DNA of 64,000 bases from an uncultured Candidatus Saccharibacteria bacterium (GCA_964642155.1 CAZXNT010000004.1:2040-66039); one strand, 5' to 3'. Positions 45,681-57,151 are shown, counted from the stretch's first letter. Made by a program: numbers and translations. The notes: generated by a model not told the origin, from the sequence alone.

Positions 45681-45751
45681 GCCCTCATCGTTCAACGGAT
45701 AGGACATTAGATTGCGGATCTGAAGATTGAGGTTCGATTCCTCATGAGGGC
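45681..45751 (+). tRNA. tRNA-Arg (anticodon read as GCG; needs confirmation)
   Basis: Manual fold: acceptor GCCCTCA/TGAGGGC, D-arm GTTC..GGAC, anticodon stem TTAGA/TCTGA loop TTGCGGA, 4-nt variable loop, T-arm TGAGG-TTCGATT-CCTCA. Confidence 0.55.
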
Positions 45752-45772
45752 ATAAGGAAAGATAGTAAATAT

Positions 45773-46117
45773 ATGATTTTTTTTCACGTTTTAAAAGATA
45801 AATATTTAAGAGTGGTTTTTGTTTTGAATTTTTTGATTTTGTTTTTTTTGTCTTTAGTATCTTTTGTAAAATTAGCCGATATTTCTTCTCCTTTGATTAT
45901 TCATTTTGACGTTTATGAAGGAATTGATTTTTTTGGCGGTAAAATGGAAATTTTCGGAATTTTATTTTCCGCTTTTGTTATGATTTTAATAAATTTTTTC
46001 TTAGCAGATTTTCTTTACCATCGTCAGCGTTTTCTTTCATATATATTCAGTTTTGGAAGTTTGTGGATAACAATCTTGATTTTAATATCAATGGGTGTTA
46101 TTATTTCAATTAATTAA
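45773..46117 (+). CDS. Hypothetical 3-TM membrane protein
   Basis: 114 aa hydrophobic ORF. Confidence 0.3.
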   Translation: MIFFHVLKDKYLRVVFVLNFLILFFLSLVSFVKLADISSPLIIHFDVYEGIDFFGGKMEIFGILFSAFVMILINFFLADFLYHRQRFLSYIFSFGSLWITILILISMGVIISIN

Positions 46118-46178
46118 GAAATAATCGCGAATAATGCGAATTTTAAGTAAATAATGCAAATAAATAAAATTTAAGATT

Positions 46179-46481
46179 ATGAAATTTTCAATTATACAAA
46201 CAGGCGGTAAGCAGTATAAAATATCGTCTGGACAAAAATTAAAAGTGGAAAAACTGGAAGCCGAAGCTGGCACTAGCTTTATTTTTGACAAGGTTTTACT
46301 CGTGGCTGACGGCGAAAACGTTAAAATCGGAACGCCTTACGTGGAGGGCGCCAAAGTTAAAGCTAAGGTTTTAAATCAAGGGAGAGATAAAAAGAAAATC
46401 GTTTTTAAATATCATTCCAAAACTCGTTATCGCAAGAAGAAAGGCCATCGGCAGTCTTTTACGGAAGTAGAAACTATATAA
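46179..46481 (+). CDS. rplU: 50S ribosomal protein L21
   Basis: 100 aa; MKFSIIQTGGKQYKISSGQ...VLLVADG L21 pattern. Confidence 0.85.
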   Translation: MKFSIIQTGGKQYKISSGQKLKVEKLEAEAGTSFIFDKVLLVADGENVKIGTPYVEGAKVKAKVLNQGRDKKKIVFKYHSKTRYRKKKGHRQSFTEVETI

Positions 46482-46484
46482 AAA

Positions 46485-47702
46485 ATGAAAATGAAAGGTT
46501 TTACCCTCTTAGAACTTCTTGTTGTCATAGGCATATTGGCGATATTGGCATCAGTAGTAATTATAGTTCTAAATCCCGCTGAACTGATTAACTCCTCTAA
46601 GGACGCCAAAAGATTGTCAGAACTCAATACTCTTAATAAAACCCTGGCTTTATACCGTTTTGATAACACCTTGGGTTTTGGTTCGTCTTCATATGTTTAT
46701 CTCTCTATTCCCGACAGTAGTTCTAATTGTTCCAGTTATTCAGGTCTTTCTAATCCTCCTTCGGGATATACTTATATTTGTAAACCAGAATCAGAATATA
46801 GAAAAACAAACGGAACCGGCTGGATTCCCGTTGATTTCAGCAATATTTCCGCCGGAAATCCCTTATCTTCTCTTCCCGTTGACCCCGTCAACAACGAAGA
46901 ATTTCATTTTACTTATATTGTCTCGGGAGAAAATAACGATAATTGGGAACTTAATGCCAAACTCAAATCAGAATCAAAAAAACCTCTTGCCTTAAATGAA
47001 AAAGACGGAGGAGATGATAATAATAGATACGAATTAGGAGCTGTTCTTTCCGTAGTAAGCGCTGGATATCAGGCCACAGTAGCGGCAGAAGCCAATCTTG
47101 TTTCCTATTGGAAGATGGACAATAACTGGTTGGATAGCAAAAGCACAAATAATGGAACTGCTTATGGGGGGGTGACTTTTGGCACAGCCAAATACGGTAC
47201 CTATTCAGGAAGTTTTGACGGGACGGATGATTATGTAAATATGGGCGATCCTGACTCTCTTGATTTTACCACAAACATAACTGTAGAGGCCTGGATTAAA
47301 GAGACTGGTGTTCGTGATCCTAATGGTGTTGGGATCGTAACCAAGCACGATAGTGGTTGGAATGGATATGGCCTTAATTTTACTGATCCAAATAAAATCA
47401 TATTTTTTGTAGATTGGGGTTGGGACGGGAAGGAGGCATCAGCCACATTGGTTAATGACGGACAGTGGCATCATGTGGTTGGGACTTACAACGGGACTAC
47501 AATCAGAATTTTTGTGGATGGCGTTGAAGGGACGCCATACTCGTATTCAAATCCAATACCTCCTAATCCCAGTAATTTTATAATTGGCAATACTGATCTT
47601 CCAGGGCAAGATTTTTTTAACGGCCTTATCGACGAAGTCGCCATTTACAACACCGCTTTGTCGGCGGCGACAATTTCTTCTCATTACGCGGCTGGAATAT
47701 AG
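46485..47702 (+). CDS. Type IV pilin-like protein with C-terminal LamG/concanavalin-like lectin domain
   Basis: 405 aa; prepilin leader MKMKGFTLLELLVVIGILAILASVVI; C-terminal LamG-like block (YVNMGDPDSLDFTTNITVEAWIK, LIDEVAIYNTAL). Confidence 0.65.
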   Translation: MKMKGFTLLELLVVIGILAILASVVIIVLNPAELINSSKDAKRLSELNTLNKTLALYRFDNTLGFGSSSYVYLSIPDSSSNCSSYSGLSNPPSGYTYICKPESEYRKTNGTGWIPVDFSNISAGNPLSSLPVDPVNNEEFHFTYIVSGENNDNWELNAKLKSESKKPLALNEKDGGDDNNRYELGAVLSVVSAGYQATVAAEANLVSYWKMDNNWLDSKSTNNGTAYGGVTFGTAKYGTYSGSFDGTDDYVNMGDPDSLDFTTNITVEAWIKETGVRDPNGVGIVTKHDSGWNGYGLNFTDPNKIIFFVDWGWDGKEASATLVNDGQWHHVVGTYNGTTIRIFVDGVEGTPYSYSNPIPPNPSNFIIGNTDLPGQDFFNGLIDEVAIYNTALSAATISSHYAAGI

Positions 47703-47714
47703 ATAAAAACATTT

Positions 47715-48314
47715 TTAAATTCTTCGTTCCAGCGCCGAAGATAAAGTTTGTTCATCGGCAAATTCTATTTCTCCGCCGGTCGGAATCCCGCGTCCCAAGC
47801 GGGTTATTTTTTTGGCAAAGCCGTTTAATTCTTTGGTGATAATTGAGGCGTTTAAATCGCCGTAAGTCGTGGGGTTAGTGGCGATTATAATTTCTTCGGC
47901 TTGGCCGTTTAATTCTTTATTTATAAAATTTTTAAGATTATTAAGGCGTAATTTTTCTTCGCTTTCTAAAATTCCGTTTTTAGACAATTCGCCAAGAATA
48001 AGATAACGGCCGTTGAATTTTTTCGGCCTTTCAAGAGAAATTAAGTCTGTCTCTTTTTCCACAATCATTATAATGTCTTTTTTGCGGTTGGGATTCTTGC
48101 AAATTTCGCAAAGCGCGTCGGCGTTTGAATGGATAAAAAAACAATTTGAACAAATTTTTAAATTTTTTAATTCATAAATCACTCTGGCAAGCTCTTCCAC
48201 TTTATTTTTTCCGCCACTAATCAATTTAAAAGCCAGCCGCGTTGCTTGGCGCGGTCCAATACCCGGAAGGCCGGAAAAGCTTTCAATAAAATTTTTAATC
48301 TGTTGAGGAAGCAT
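47715..48314 (-). CDS. recR: Recombination protein RecR
   Basis: 199 aa; HhH, C4 zinc finger CSNCF...CEIC, Toprim domain. Confidence 0.85.
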   Translation of the reverse strand: MLPQQIKNFIESFSGLPGIGPRQATRLAFKLISGGKNKVEELARVIYELKNLKICSNCFFIHSNADALCEICKNPNRKKDIIMIVEKETDLISLERPKKFNGRYLILGELSKNGILESEEKLRLNNLKNFINKELNGQAEEIIIATNPTTYGDLNASIITKELNGFAKKITRLGRGIPTGGEIEFADEQTLSSALERRI

Positions 48315-49645
48315 TAGTGCGTTTTATCAATCTGACTGAAGCTCACTTTTTCAGGGTCAAACTTTAATTGCACGGACCCAATCGGCCCGTTTCTGTGTTT
48401 GGCAATAATAATTTCCGCCATATTTTGTTCTTCAAGAGTCGGATTAAGCCTGTCGCGGTCTTTGCGGTAAATAAACATAACGACATCCGCATCTTGTTCC
48501 CACGAACCGGTTTCACGAAGGTCGGAAAGGCGGGGGATTTTAACTTCTCTTTGGTCAACCGCGCGATTCAGCTGGGAAACCGCCAGAATCGGCAGATTAA
48601 GTTCTCTTGCCAGCGCTTTTAATCCATGGCTGATTTCGGTGAATTGCTGAACCATATTTTCCGAATTGGTTCTCGGCATCACCAATTGAACATAATCAAT
48701 TATTATAAGCCCGAGATTTTTATTTTCGGCTTGTAGCCGCCTTGACATAGCCCTTAATTGAAGGATGTTCGGCGACGGCGTATCATCAATAAAAATTTGC
48801 AATTGGGATAATTTATCCAAAGCTTCTTGAATCATTTGGAACTCTATTTCATCGGTAAGACGGCCCGTGCGCAATCTCCACAGAGGGACTCTGGCTTCGG
48901 CGGCGATAAGTCTGTCAACAACTTGTTCGCGGGACATTTCAAGGGAGAATATTGCCACGGCGCTACCGGAAGCCGCCGCGTTGCGGGCCATATCAAGGAC
49001 AAGGGTCGTTTTTCCCACAGACGGTCTGGCGCCCAAAATTATCAAATCGGAATTTTGTAGCCCGGAAAGGTAATGGTCTATTTCATTGAACCCCGTTGTC
49101 ACTCCGCGCAATCTTTTTTCTCCCTGATGTAATTTTTCAATTCTTTCATAAGCGTCTTTAAGTTCGTCTTTTAATAAAACGAAATTTTTAAGGTTTGATT
49201 TTTGAGCGATAGAAAATATTATTTGTTCAATTTCATCAAGTATGCTGTCGGAATCTTTTTGGCTGCCAAAAACTTTTTCGGCTATCTCGCTAGAAGTCGT
49301 GATTAAATCACGCAAAACTTTTTTATCGCGAATAATCTTAGCGTAATGGGCGATATGAGTTGCCGTCGGCACACCGCTGATAAGTTCCGATAAATAAGTT
49401 GAGCCACCGATATCATTTAATTGCTTTTTGTTTTTTAATTTATTGGTAACACTTAATATGTCTATCGGCTCGTTTTTATTAAAAAGTTCATAAATTGAAT
49501 TAAAAATTTTTGAATGGGACGGCTGGTAAAAATCTTCAGACGTTATTAAATCTGCTATCTTTATGATGGCGTTTTTATCAAGCATTAAAGCTCCCAAAAC
49601 GGAGCGTTCAGCTTCTATGTCCTGCGGGGGTAATTTCAGATCCAT
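48314..49645 (-). CDS. dnaB: Replicative DNA helicase DnaB
   Basis: 443 aa; Walker A GARPSVGKTT, DnaB N-terminal domain, RecA-like fold. Confidence 0.85.
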   Translation of the reverse strand: MDLKLPPQDIEAERSVLGALMLDKNAIIKIADLITSEDFYQPSHSKIFNSIYELFNKNEPIDILSVTNKLKNKKQLNDIGGSTYLSELISGVPTATHIAHYAKIIRDKKVLRDLITTSSEIAEKVFGSQKDSDSILDEIEQIIFSIAQKSNLKNFVLLKDELKDAYERIEKLHQGEKRLRGVTTGFNEIDHYLSGLQNSDLIILGARPSVGKTTLVLDMARNAAASGSAVAIFSLEMSREQVVDRLIAAEARVPLWRLRTGRLTDEIEFQMIQEALDKLSQLQIFIDDTPSPNILQLRAMSRRLQAENKNLGLIIIDYVQLVMPRTNSENMVQQFTEISHGLKALARELNLPILAVSQLNRAVDQREVKIPRLSDLRETGSWEQDADVVMFIYRKDRDRLNPTLEEQNMAEIIIAKHRNGPIGSVQLKFDPEKVSFSQIDKTH

Positions 49646-51065
49646 TGGGTGTGTCTTTTATGTTATATCCTAACTTTTCAATTTGTTTCCGCAAGAGGTC
49701 GGCGGGGATAAACTGTTTATTAGCTCTTAATTTCTCGCGTTGAGCCGCCAATCCCTTTATTTTTTGAGGTATTTTTACTGGTTTTATTTTGATGCCGAAA
49801 ATACCCAATTTTTCGTTAATAAATCGGCTCGCGGCTTTGGCTTGAGCGGGATTAATTCGCCATATTTTATCTTGAAGCGAAGCGATTAAATTAAAAATAA
49901 CCGCTAATGCTTTTGGCGTGTTAAAATCATCATCCATCGCCTCGTTAAATTTTTTATCGTATTGTTTGACGTTAATTTTCATTCCTAGTCCCTGTTTACT
50001 AGCGCCTGATGCCTTTTTTAGTTTCCATAAAAATTCTTCTATGGTTTGAATTGAGTTTTGAGCATTAACAGCAAGGTTCTTATTATAATCAACGGGCGAA
50101 CGATAATGATGTGAGAGAATAATAAATCTTAAAATCTCGGGCGGATATTTTTTTAAAAAGTCCCTGATAGTGATAAAATTTCCTAAACTCTTGGACATTT
50201 TTTCTCCGTTAACCAAAAGGAAACCAGTATGGAGCCAGATTTTGACAAAAGGTTTTTTTCCGGAAGCCGCTTCTTGCTGGGCGATTTCCGATTCATGATG
50301 GGGGAATTTCAAATCAATTGCGCCGCCGTGCAAGTCATATTGATGGCCGAAATATTTTTCGCTGATTGCCGTATCCTCAATGTGCCAACCGGGCCGACCC
50401 GAACCCCAAGGCGATAACCATGACGGTTCGCTATTAATCGTTTGTTTCTTTATTTTCGGATTTTTTCGTAGATTCGGATGCGATTCGGATTGTTCGGATT
50501 GCTCTGAAAATTTCCACAAACAAAAATCGCCCTTATTTCTTTTCTCTCTCGTGTCGTCTATTCTTGAAACCGCGTCTTCGGCTTGAGAAATGGTTCTTCT
50601 TGATAATTTTCCGTAGTCATAAAATTTTGAAATGTCGTAATAAATACCATCGCTTATTTCATAAGCAAAGCCCTTTCCCATCAATTTTTTAACTTGGTTT
50701 ACGACTTCTTTTATATGGCCGGTTGCTTTGGCGTATTTATTTACGCTGTCCACGTTCAAAACTTTCATATCTTTCATATATTCTTTTTCAAAATTCACGC
50801 TCAGTTTTTTCCAGGGGATTTTTTTCTCTTTCGCGCGGTTGATTATTTTATCGTCAATATCGGTAATATTTTGAAGATAAAAAATTTTATGCCCTTGGGA
50901 ACGGAGATATTTTACCATAATGTCAAAAGCGATATAAGTTCTGGCGTGGCCGATGTGGGAATAATCGTAAACCGTGGGCCCGCAGACGAATAATTTTAAA
51001 GGGCCTCGGCGAGGAAATTTGAGGATTTCTTTTTTGGCGCTAAATGTGTTGAAGATTTTGAGCAT
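49608..51065 (-). CDS. cysS: Cysteine--tRNA ligase
   Basis: 485 aa; HIGH (HIGHARTY) and KMSKS motifs. Confidence 0.85.
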   Translation of the reverse strand: MLKIFNTFSAKKEILKFPRRGPLKLFVCGPTVYDYSHIGHARTYIAFDIMVKYLRSQGHKIFYLQNITDIDDKIINRAKEKKIPWKKLSVNFEKEYMKDMKVLNVDSVNKYAKATGHIKEVVNQVKKLMGKGFAYEISDGIYYDISKFYDYGKLSRRTISQAEDAVSRIDDTREKRNKGDFCLWKFSEQSEQSESHPNLRKNPKIKKQTINSEPSWLSPWGSGRPGWHIEDTAISEKYFGHQYDLHGGAIDLKFPHHESEIAQQEAASGKKPFVKIWLHTGFLLVNGEKMSKSLGNFITIRDFLKKYPPEILRFIILSHHYRSPVDYNKNLAVNAQNSIQTIEEFLWKLKKASGASKQGLGMKINVKQYDKKFNEAMDDDFNTPKALAVIFNLIASLQDKIWRINPAQAKAASRFINEKLGIFGIKIKPVKIPQKIKGLAAQREKLRANKQFIPADLLRKQIEKLGYNIKDTPNGSEITPAGHRS

Positions 51066-51152
51066 TGATTTGATTATAAAAATTATTCTTCAATTTGTCC
51101 ATATTTAATAAAAAGGGCCCCCATCAATGATGTTGGGGGACCCGTGAGTTGT

Positions 51153-51530
51153 TCAAGTGGCAAACGCAGGATGTCTGGGAAAAGGCGAGGGACAGAATTG
51201 ATAGTTCTCTGCCGCGGGAAGAAATGTCGGTTTGCCCGGTATAAAACCGCTTGGGTTACCCGAATTGTTTTCACATTCCCGAAAGACGAAATGAGTCGCT
51301 CCTTTCGGTATTTTGTAGAAGCGTTTACTTCGTCTTCCACATCCTTCAAAATCAGACGAGTAAGAGGAATTATAGTGGCTGTATCGGCCACTATAAACGC
51401 CGATATGGGTTATTATTGGTAGCGGTTTGTGAGGTGGCAACGTAGTGCTGGGAATGGCGTAAATTTTATGCGGGGCGATTTCTATTTTTTGCGGCAATAC
51501 TTTAATTAACTGAAAATCAGGATTATTCAT
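51153..51530 (-). CDS. Hypothetical protein (locally elevated GC)
   Basis: 125 aa ORF; alternative overlapping ORFs present on both strands; no family recognised. Confidence 0.25.
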   Translation of the reverse strand: MNNPDFQLIKVLPQKIEIAPHKIYAIPSTTLPPHKPLPIITHIGVYSGRYSHYNSSYSSDFEGCGRRSKRFYKIPKGATHFVFRECENNSGNPSGFIPGKPTFLPAAENYQFCPSPFPRHPAFAT

Positions 51531-51675
51531 CTTTACCTCCTTTCTTTTTTGAAGTTATTTATATTTAACGCATTATTAAAAGGTACTGCTTATTAAGATA
51601 ATATATAAATATATTTATGTCAAGACGTTGAATCTATAATCTTGACACTCTAAAATTTTTTAATATAATTATAAA

Positions 51676-52206
51676 ATGTCCGATAATCCAGAAGATAAAA
51701 ATAAAAAAGAAGAAGTTGAGGAAGAGTCGGCTATGGTTGGTGAAACTGATTTGGGAAAATATCAAAAAGAACGCGATGAGTATCTTGATGGTTGGAAACG
51801 GGCGAAAGCGGATTTGATAAATTACAAAAAAGATGAGGCAAAACGTTTTGAAACAATTGCGAAATTTTCTCAGGAAATAATTATCAGGGATTTAATAACG
51901 GTTTTGGATAGTTTTGACCTCGCTTTGGCGGCGCTTGAAAGGGAAAATGGGGCGGAAAATGATTCGGCAAGGCTCACTATAAAAGGAGTTTACCTAATAA
52001 GGACGCAACTGGAAGATATTTTGAAGCAGAACGGATTAGAGAGAGTTATTATTTCCGTTGGCCAACCATTTGACCCGTCTTTGCAGGAAGCGATTGTAAG
52101 CGTTGATTCCGACCAACTAAGCGGGACTATTATTGAAGAAGTGGAAAGAGGATATTTATTACACGGCAAGTTGGTGAGGCCGGCAAGAGTAAAAGTCGCA
52201 AAATAA
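51676..52206 (+). CDS. grpE: Nucleotide exchange factor GrpE
   Basis: 176 aa; coiled-coil then GrpE C-terminal beta-domain; precedes dnaK. Confidence 0.8.
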   Translation: MSDNPEDKNKKEEVEEESAMVGETDLGKYQKERDEYLDGWKRAKADLINYKKDEAKRFETIAKFSQEIIIRDLITVLDSFDLALAALERENGAENDSARLTIKGVYLIRTQLEDILKQNGLERVIISVGQPFDPSLQEAIVSVDSDQLSGTIIEEVERGYLLHGKLVRPARVKVAK

Positions 52207-52235
52207 AATTTAAATTATTATTAATATATAAAATT

Positions 52236-54095
52236 ATGAAAATATTAGGCATAGATTTAGGAACAACAAATTCAGCGATGGCGGTTATTGAAGCCGGTGA
52301 GCCGAAAATTTTAGAAAATCATGAGGGCAATCGTACTACGCCGTCAGTGGCTTCATTAAGCAAAACCAATGAACGATTAGTCGGTCTTTTGGCTAAACGC
52401 CAGTCGGTCGTTAATCCAAAGAACACGATTTCTTCAGTAAAGCGTCTTATCGGCAGAAATTTTGACGACCAAGAAGTCCAAAAAGATAAAGCATGGTTTC
52501 CTTTTGATATTCAAAAATCTTCAACTGGCGGTGTTGAAGTTAAGATGGGTGATAAATGGTATAAACCCGAAGAAATTTCCGCTATGGTACTCGCGAAATT
52601 AAAAGCCGATGCTGAAGCGAAATTGGGAGAAAAAATTGAAGAAGCGGTAATTACCGTGCCGGCTTATTTTGACGATTCTCAAAGACAAGCTACGAAAAAT
52701 GCCGGAGAAATTGCTGGTCTTAAAGTTCGCAGAATTATCAATGAACCGACAGCCGCAGCTTTGGCTTACGGTTTAAATCGCCAGAAAAACGAAAAAATCG
52801 TCGTCTATGATTTCGGCGGCGGAACTTTTGATATTTCAATTTTGGAAGTCGGCGACGATGTCGTGGAAGTTAAAGGAACGGGCGGCGACACTCATCTTGG
52901 CGGAGACGATTTTGACAAGAAAATAATTGAATTTTTAGTCGGGGAATACAAAAAACAGGAAGGGATTGATATTTCCAAAGACCCATTGGCGCTTCAACGG
53001 TTGAAAGAGGCGGCCGAGCGCGCCAAACATGAACTTTCAACGGCGTTTGATACGGAAATTAATTTGCCGTATATCACTTCCGACGCATCCGGACCGAAAC
53101 ATTTTGTTATAAAAATGACACGCGCCAAACTTGAAGAGCTTGTCAGCGAAGATATTAAACGTTCAATTGATTTGACAAAAAAAGCCGTGGAGGAAGCGGG
53201 ATTAAAAATTTCCGATATTAATGAAATTGTGCTTGTGGGCGGACAAACAAGAATGCCGGCCATTCAGGAGGCGGTTAAAAAATTATTCAATAAAGAACCG
53301 CATAAAGGAATTAATCCCGATGAAGTTGTGGCGGCCGGAGCTGCGGTGCAAGCCGGAATTTTCCAAGGCGATGTTAAAGATATTCTTCTTCTTGATGTAA
53401 CGCCGCTTAGTTTAGGAATTGAAACTTTTGGCGGAGTTTTCACGCCTCTTATAGAAAAAAATACGACTATTCCAACTTCAAAATCACAAGTGTTTTCAAC
53501 TGCGGCGGATAGTCAAACTTCGGTTGAGATTCATATTTTACAAGGAGAAAGGTCAATGGCAGCCGATAATAAAACATTGGGTAGATTTATATTAGATGGC
53601 ATTCCGCCGTCGCCGCGCGGTATTCCGCAAATTGAAGTGATTTTTGACATTGATGCCAATGGAATTTTAAGCGTTTCCGCCAAAGATAAAGCCACTAGTA
53701 AAACTCAAACAGTCCGCATAGAAGCTTCAACACAGCTCTCAAAAGATGAAATAGAAAAGCTTAAACAAGAGGCCGTGGCGCACGCGGAAGAAGATAAAAA
53801 GAAAAAAGAATTAGTTGAAACGAAAAATATCGCCGAACAAGCCGTTTATATGGCGGAAAAATCATTAAACGAAGCCGGCGATAAAGTTTCGCAGGAAATT
53901 AAAGACGCTATTAACGCAAAAATTACTGATTTGAAATCCGTTAAAGACGGACAGGATATTGAAGCGATAAAATCAAAAACAGCGGAACTTTCAGCCGAAC
54001 TTCAAAAAATAGGCGCGGCGCTCTATAATAAACAGGAGGATAATAAACAAGAGGATAAAAAAGATGATGGAGAACAACAGCAGCAAAATAGTTAG
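52236..54095 (+). CDS. dnaK: Molecular chaperone DnaK (Hsp70)
   Basis: 619 aa; [26 protein letters not shown] Hsp70 signatures. Confidence 0.9.
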   Translation: MKILGIDLGTTNSAMAVIEAGEPKILENHEGNRTTPSVASLSKTNERLVGLLAKRQSVVNPKNTISSVKRLIGRNFDDQEVQKDKAWFPFDIQKSSTGGVEVKMGDKWYKPEEISAMVLAKLKADAEAKLGEKIEEAVITVPAYFDDSQRQATKNAGEIAGLKVRRIINEPTAAALAYGLNRQKNEKIVVYDFGGGTFDISILEVGDDVVEVKGTGGDTHLGGDDFDKKIIEFLVGEYKKQEGIDISKDPLALQRLKEAAERAKHELSTAFDTEINLPYITSDASGPKHFVIKMTRAKLEELVSEDIKRSIDLTKKAVEEAGLKISDINEIVLVGGQTRMPAIQEAVKKLFNKEPHKGINPDEVVAAGAAVQAGIFQGDVKDILLLDVTPLSLGIETFGGVFTPLIEKNTTIPTSKSQVFSTAADSQTSVEIHILQGERSMAADNKTLGRFILDGIPPSPRGIPQIEVIFDIDANGILSVSAKDKATSKTQTVRIEASTQLSKDEIEKLKQEAVAHAEEDKKKKELVETKNIAEQAVYMAEKSLNEAGDKVSQEIKDAINAKITDLKSVKDGQDIEAIKSKTAELSAELQKIGAALYNKQEDNKQEDKKDDGEQQQQNS

Positions 54096-55068
54096 CGATT
54101 CGGTGGATGTTGACAGGTCAATACTTAAAATCGCCGTTTTGGCGGTTTTTAGCGTTGTTTCTCTTTCCGCTTTCGGATATTTTTTTAAATTGTTTTTTCA
54201 AAGCGGCGAAGAAAAACTTCTTTTAATATCAGGATTATCTGCAATTATTTTTCTGATATTTTTTACACTGCAAACTTTATTTATTAAAAGTTTAAAAATC
54301 AGTTCTTTGATGATTTTTTTGAGTTGTGTCGGATTAGCAGCCGTTTTTTACGACATTGCAAATTCCGCTATATTAATAGGAATCGCGTTGGTTTTTCTGG
54401 CATTATTTTTCAGCAACCTTAATGGCGTCAGAGAATTAAGAAATTCTCTTAAAATAAGTTTTTGGAAAATAAATAAAACTGTTTTACCTAAAGCGATTGC
54501 AGCAATATTTTTATTTATAAGCATAATTTATATTTACGGCGGTTCAAAGACAAATGGAGAATTTTTTATTTCCCAGCAAAATTTTGAGAAAATAGTTTTG
54601 TCGCCTTCAATGATTATGGTACAGAGATTTTATCCTGAAATTAATACATCGCTGACCATCAACGAATTAGCCGTTAATTTAGCCAAGAAACAGATAGGGG
54701 AAAGTTCTGAATTAAATGTTCTGCCATTAACAGTGAAAAAAACAATGGTTAATCAGGCAGCTGCTGAATTAGAAAAACAAATTGCCGGATTTTTAAGCAT
54801 TTCCAAATCTGCCGGCAAAAAGTCAACGATTAGCGAGGCGATTTATGAAGCATTAAAAAATAAATTTAACACTTTTCCGGAAAATATTAAATCTTTGATT
54901 TTAATCGGTGTTGTTTTGACTATTTTCTTGACTCTTGAAGTTTTAGCCTTGCCAATTCGTTTGATAATTTCTTTTTTGGCGTTTATAGTTTATGAAATTC
55001 TTTTGGCATTCGGCTTCGCGAATATAGAATTGGAAGGAAAAAGCAAGGAAATAATAATATTAAAATAG
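54064..55068 (+). CDS. Hypothetical polytopic membrane protein inserted between dnaK and dnaJ
   Basis: 334 aa, 6-8 TM helices. Confidence 0.4.
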   Translation: MMENNSSKIVSDSVDVDRSILKIAVLAVFSVVSLSAFGYFFKLFFQSGEEKLLLISGLSAIIFLIFFTLQTLFIKSLKISSLMIFLSCVGLAAVFYDIANSAILIGIALVFLALFFSNLNGVRELRNSLKISFWKINKTVLPKAIAAIFLFISIIYIYGGSKTNGEFFISQQNFEKIVLSPSMIMVQRFYPEINTSLTINELAVNLAKKQIGESSELNVLPLTVKKTMVNQAAAELEKQIAGFLSISKSAGKKSTISEAIYEALKNKFNTFPENIKSLILIGVVLTIFLTLEVLALPIRLIISFLAFIVYEILLAFGFANIELEGKSKEIIILK

Positions 55069-55072
55069 AAAG

Positions 55073-56191
55073 ATGTCTGATTATTACAAAATTCTCGGTA
55101 TAAATAAGGGAGCGTCGGATGAAGAAATCAAGAAAGCTTTCAGGAAATTGGCGCATCAGTATCATCCGGACAAAAAAGGCGGCGATGAAAAAAAATTCAA
55201 AGAAATAGCGGCAGCTTACGCGATTTTGTCGGATAAAAATAAACGCGAACAGTATGATAAATACGGCAGGGTTTTTGATGGACAGCAATCTAACGGAGGC
55301 GCCGGGCCCTTTGGTTCCGGTTTTGGCTTTTCTGCCGGAGGCGGACCAGCCTCTGGCTTTGAATTTGACCCGTCGGCTTTCAATGATTTCACTGACCTGG
55401 GAGATATTTTCAGCGCATTTTTTGAAGGAATAGGGGTTAGACAAAAAAGACGCACTTATCATCGCGGGGCGGATATTGAAATTATTCAGGAAATAACGCT
55501 TGAAGAAGCGTTTTACGGAGTTAAAAAAGAATTAAAATACAATATTGCCGTTGGTTGCGTCAAATGCGGCGGTAAGGGATATGACCAAAAAGAAGGTTTT
55601 GAAAAATGTTCTGTTTGCGGCGGCAGTGGGGAAATAAAAGAAGCGAGAAATACTTTTTTCGGCAATTTTTCCCAGATTAAACAATGTAAAGAATGTTTTG
55701 GTAGCGGGCAAATTCCAAAAAAATCTTGTGTTGAATGCCGTGGCAAAGGCATAATTTCCGGCAATCGCGACATCAAAGTAGAAATATTGTCCGGAGTTAT
55801 GGATAGCCAATTTATAAAAATAACCGGCGCCGGCGAAGCCGGAGAGCGAGGAGCCGGAACAGGAGATCTTTATGTCAGGATAAAAATCAAACCGCATTCT
55901 GTTTTTAGCAGGCGCGGGAATGATTTGTTTATCAGAAAAGAAGTAAAATTGATTGATATTTTTTTGGGAGAAAAAATTGAAATACCGATGATTTCCGGAG
56001 AAAAAATCAGCGTTGAAATTCCTGAAAATTTTGACTTGAAAAACGATTTAATCGTTCCGAAACAGGGAATGCCGATTTTCAGTTCGTCCAATCGAGGTAA
56101 TTTAGTCGTTGAATTTAAAATCAAAACCCCTAAAAAACCAAACGCTAAGGCAAAAAAAATTCTGGACGATTTTAAAAAAGAAATTGACTGA
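55073..56191 (+). CDS. dnaJ: Molecular chaperone DnaJ
   Basis: 372 aa; J-domain with HPD, G/F region, four CxxCxGxG zinc-finger repeats. Confidence 0.85.
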   Translation: MSDYYKILGINKGASDEEIKKAFRKLAHQYHPDKKGGDEKKFKEIAAAYAILSDKNKREQYDKYGRVFDGQQSNGGAGPFGSGFGFSAGGGPASGFEFDPSAFNDFTDLGDIFSAFFEGIGVRQKRRTYHRGADIEIIQEITLEEAFYGVKKELKYNIAVGCVKCGGKGYDQKEGFEKCSVCGGSGEIKEARNTFFGNFSQIKQCKECFGSGQIPKKSCVECRGKGIISGNRDIKVEILSGVMDSQFIKITGAGEAGERGAGTGDLYVRIKIKPHSVFSRRGNDLFIRKEVKLIDIFLGEKIEIPMISGEKISVEIPENFDLKNDLIVPKQGMPIFSSSNRGNLVVEFKIKTPKKPNAKAKKILDDFKKEID

Positions 56192-56202
56192 ATAATAAAA
56201 AC

Positions 56203-56240
56203 GCCCCGCAAAGCGGGGTTTACCACTAAGCTATGGGAGC
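56203..56240. terminator. Bidirectional terminator hairpin ccccgcaaagcgggg fused to a tRNA-Lys 5'-half-like fragment
   Basis: plus strand aaaaacgccccgcaaagcggggttt; minus strand reads gctcccatagcttagtggtaaa-ccccgctttgcgggg-cgttttt (first 22 nt = 5' end of tRNA-Lys at 56738). Confidence 0.5.
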
Positions 56241-56245
56241 GGCAC

Positions 56246-56533
56246 TTAGATTTCTTTTGTCGCATTATGCCACGCTTTAAGAGCTTCGCTGGATTTTTTT
56301 ATAGCCTCATCCATTAAAGAAGCGTATTTCTTAAATATAATCCTTCCTTCTTCTGTTTTATCCGGCGCACTAATAAGAATTTTATTAATTTCTTTCGCTA
56401 TTGTATCTACTTCGCTCATTGCGGCTTGCCATTCTTTATATTTTTGGCCCCCTAAATTTTCTTGAGCCGAACTTTTTTCTTTATTGGGTTGTTCACTCAT
56501 AATTTTGATAATTATTATTTTATGCTCCCACAA
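56246..56533 (-). CDS. Hypothetical protein
   Basis: 95 aa ORF. Confidence 0.3.
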   Translation of the reverse strand: MWEHKIIIIKIMSEQPNKEKSSAQENLGGQKYKEWQAAMSEVDTIAKEINKILISAPDKTEEGRIIFKKYASLMDEAIKKSSEALKAWHNATKEI

Positions 56534-56610
56534 GGAATCAGTCCCTGGGTTCTAGCTGTGCTCGTCCTGCTTCGCAAGACTGCGCTCAGAGAACCCTTCG
56601 ATTCCTTGTA
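56523..56610. other. Structured element: long hairpin (acaaggaatc ... gattccttgt) carrying a tRNA-Lys 3'-end-like fragment
   Basis: minus strand ...gattccttgtgggagca matches T-stem 3' + acceptor 3' of tRNA-Lys; 10-bp terminal inverted repeat; GC-rich internal stems. Confidence 0.4.
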
Positions 56611-56667
56611 AAAATACAATAAAATATAAATATCAAAATAAATTTAATATTTATATTTTATATTTTG

Positions 56668-56738
56668 TGCTCCCACAAGGAATCGAACCTTGATCAATTG
56701 CTTAAAAGGCAACTGCTTTACCACTAAGCTATGGGAGC
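56668..56738 (-). tRNA. tRNA-Lys (TTT)
   Basis: Manual fold: acceptor GCTCCCA/TGGGAGC, D-arm GCTT..AAGC, anticodon stem GTTGC/GCAAT loop CTTTTAA, T-arm CAAGG-TTCGATT-CCTTG. Confidence 0.8.
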
Positions 56739-56879
56739 GTATTTTATTAGTTCTTTAATATTATAACCTCCTTTTTCAATATTGGAAGTTGAGCCAATAT
56801 AATTTTTTTTATATCTATCACTTTTTATAATATAAGCATAATACTTCATAAGTCAATTAAATCCATGTAATTGACTTAA

Positions 56880-57060
56880 AAGTCCCGCAAAGCGGGGTTT
56901 ACCACTAAGCCCCGTTTCACGGGACCCCGTTTTGCGGGGCTATAGGAGCGTGTGCCCAGGGGGAGAGTCGAACTCCCATGCCTTGCGGCACGCGATTTTG
57001 CCTGCCCCGTACCGAGCTTTGCTCTGGCGCGGGGAGTCATGCGCGCCCCGCACTAAATTT
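56880..57060 (-). other. Composite of tRNA-derived fragments and GC hairpins; a complete tRNA could not be folded by eye
   Basis: minus strand: T-arm gggag-ttcgact-ctccc + cctgggca with GNRA-capped variable-arm-like stem, then gctcctatagc[hairpin insert]ttagtggtaaa-ccccgctttgcggga-ctttt (tRNA-Lys 5' half split by an insert). Confidence 0.35.
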
Positions 57061-57067
57061 TGTTTTG

Positions 57068-57151
57068 TGGCCAGGGAGGGATTTGAACCCTCACGCCCTT
57101 GCGAGCAATGGATTTTGAGTCCATATTGTCTGCCAATTCCAACACCTGGCC
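57068..57151 (-). tRNA. tRNA-Leu (CAA)
   Basis: Manual fold: acceptor GGCCAGG/CCTGGCC, anticodon stem ATGGA/TCCAT loop CTCAAAA, long variable arm, T-arm GAGGG-TTCAAAT-CCCTC. Confidence 0.8.

Noticed and set aside
56951-57058. A complete tRNA gene on the minus strand between the tRNA-Lys fragments and tRNA-Leu(CAA)
   Set aside because: A good T-arm/acceptor 3' end (gggag-ttcgact-ctccc-cctgggca) and variable-arm hairpin exist. I could not find a matching 5' acceptor strand or anticodon stem, so I report it as a tRNA-derived fragment pending software folding.
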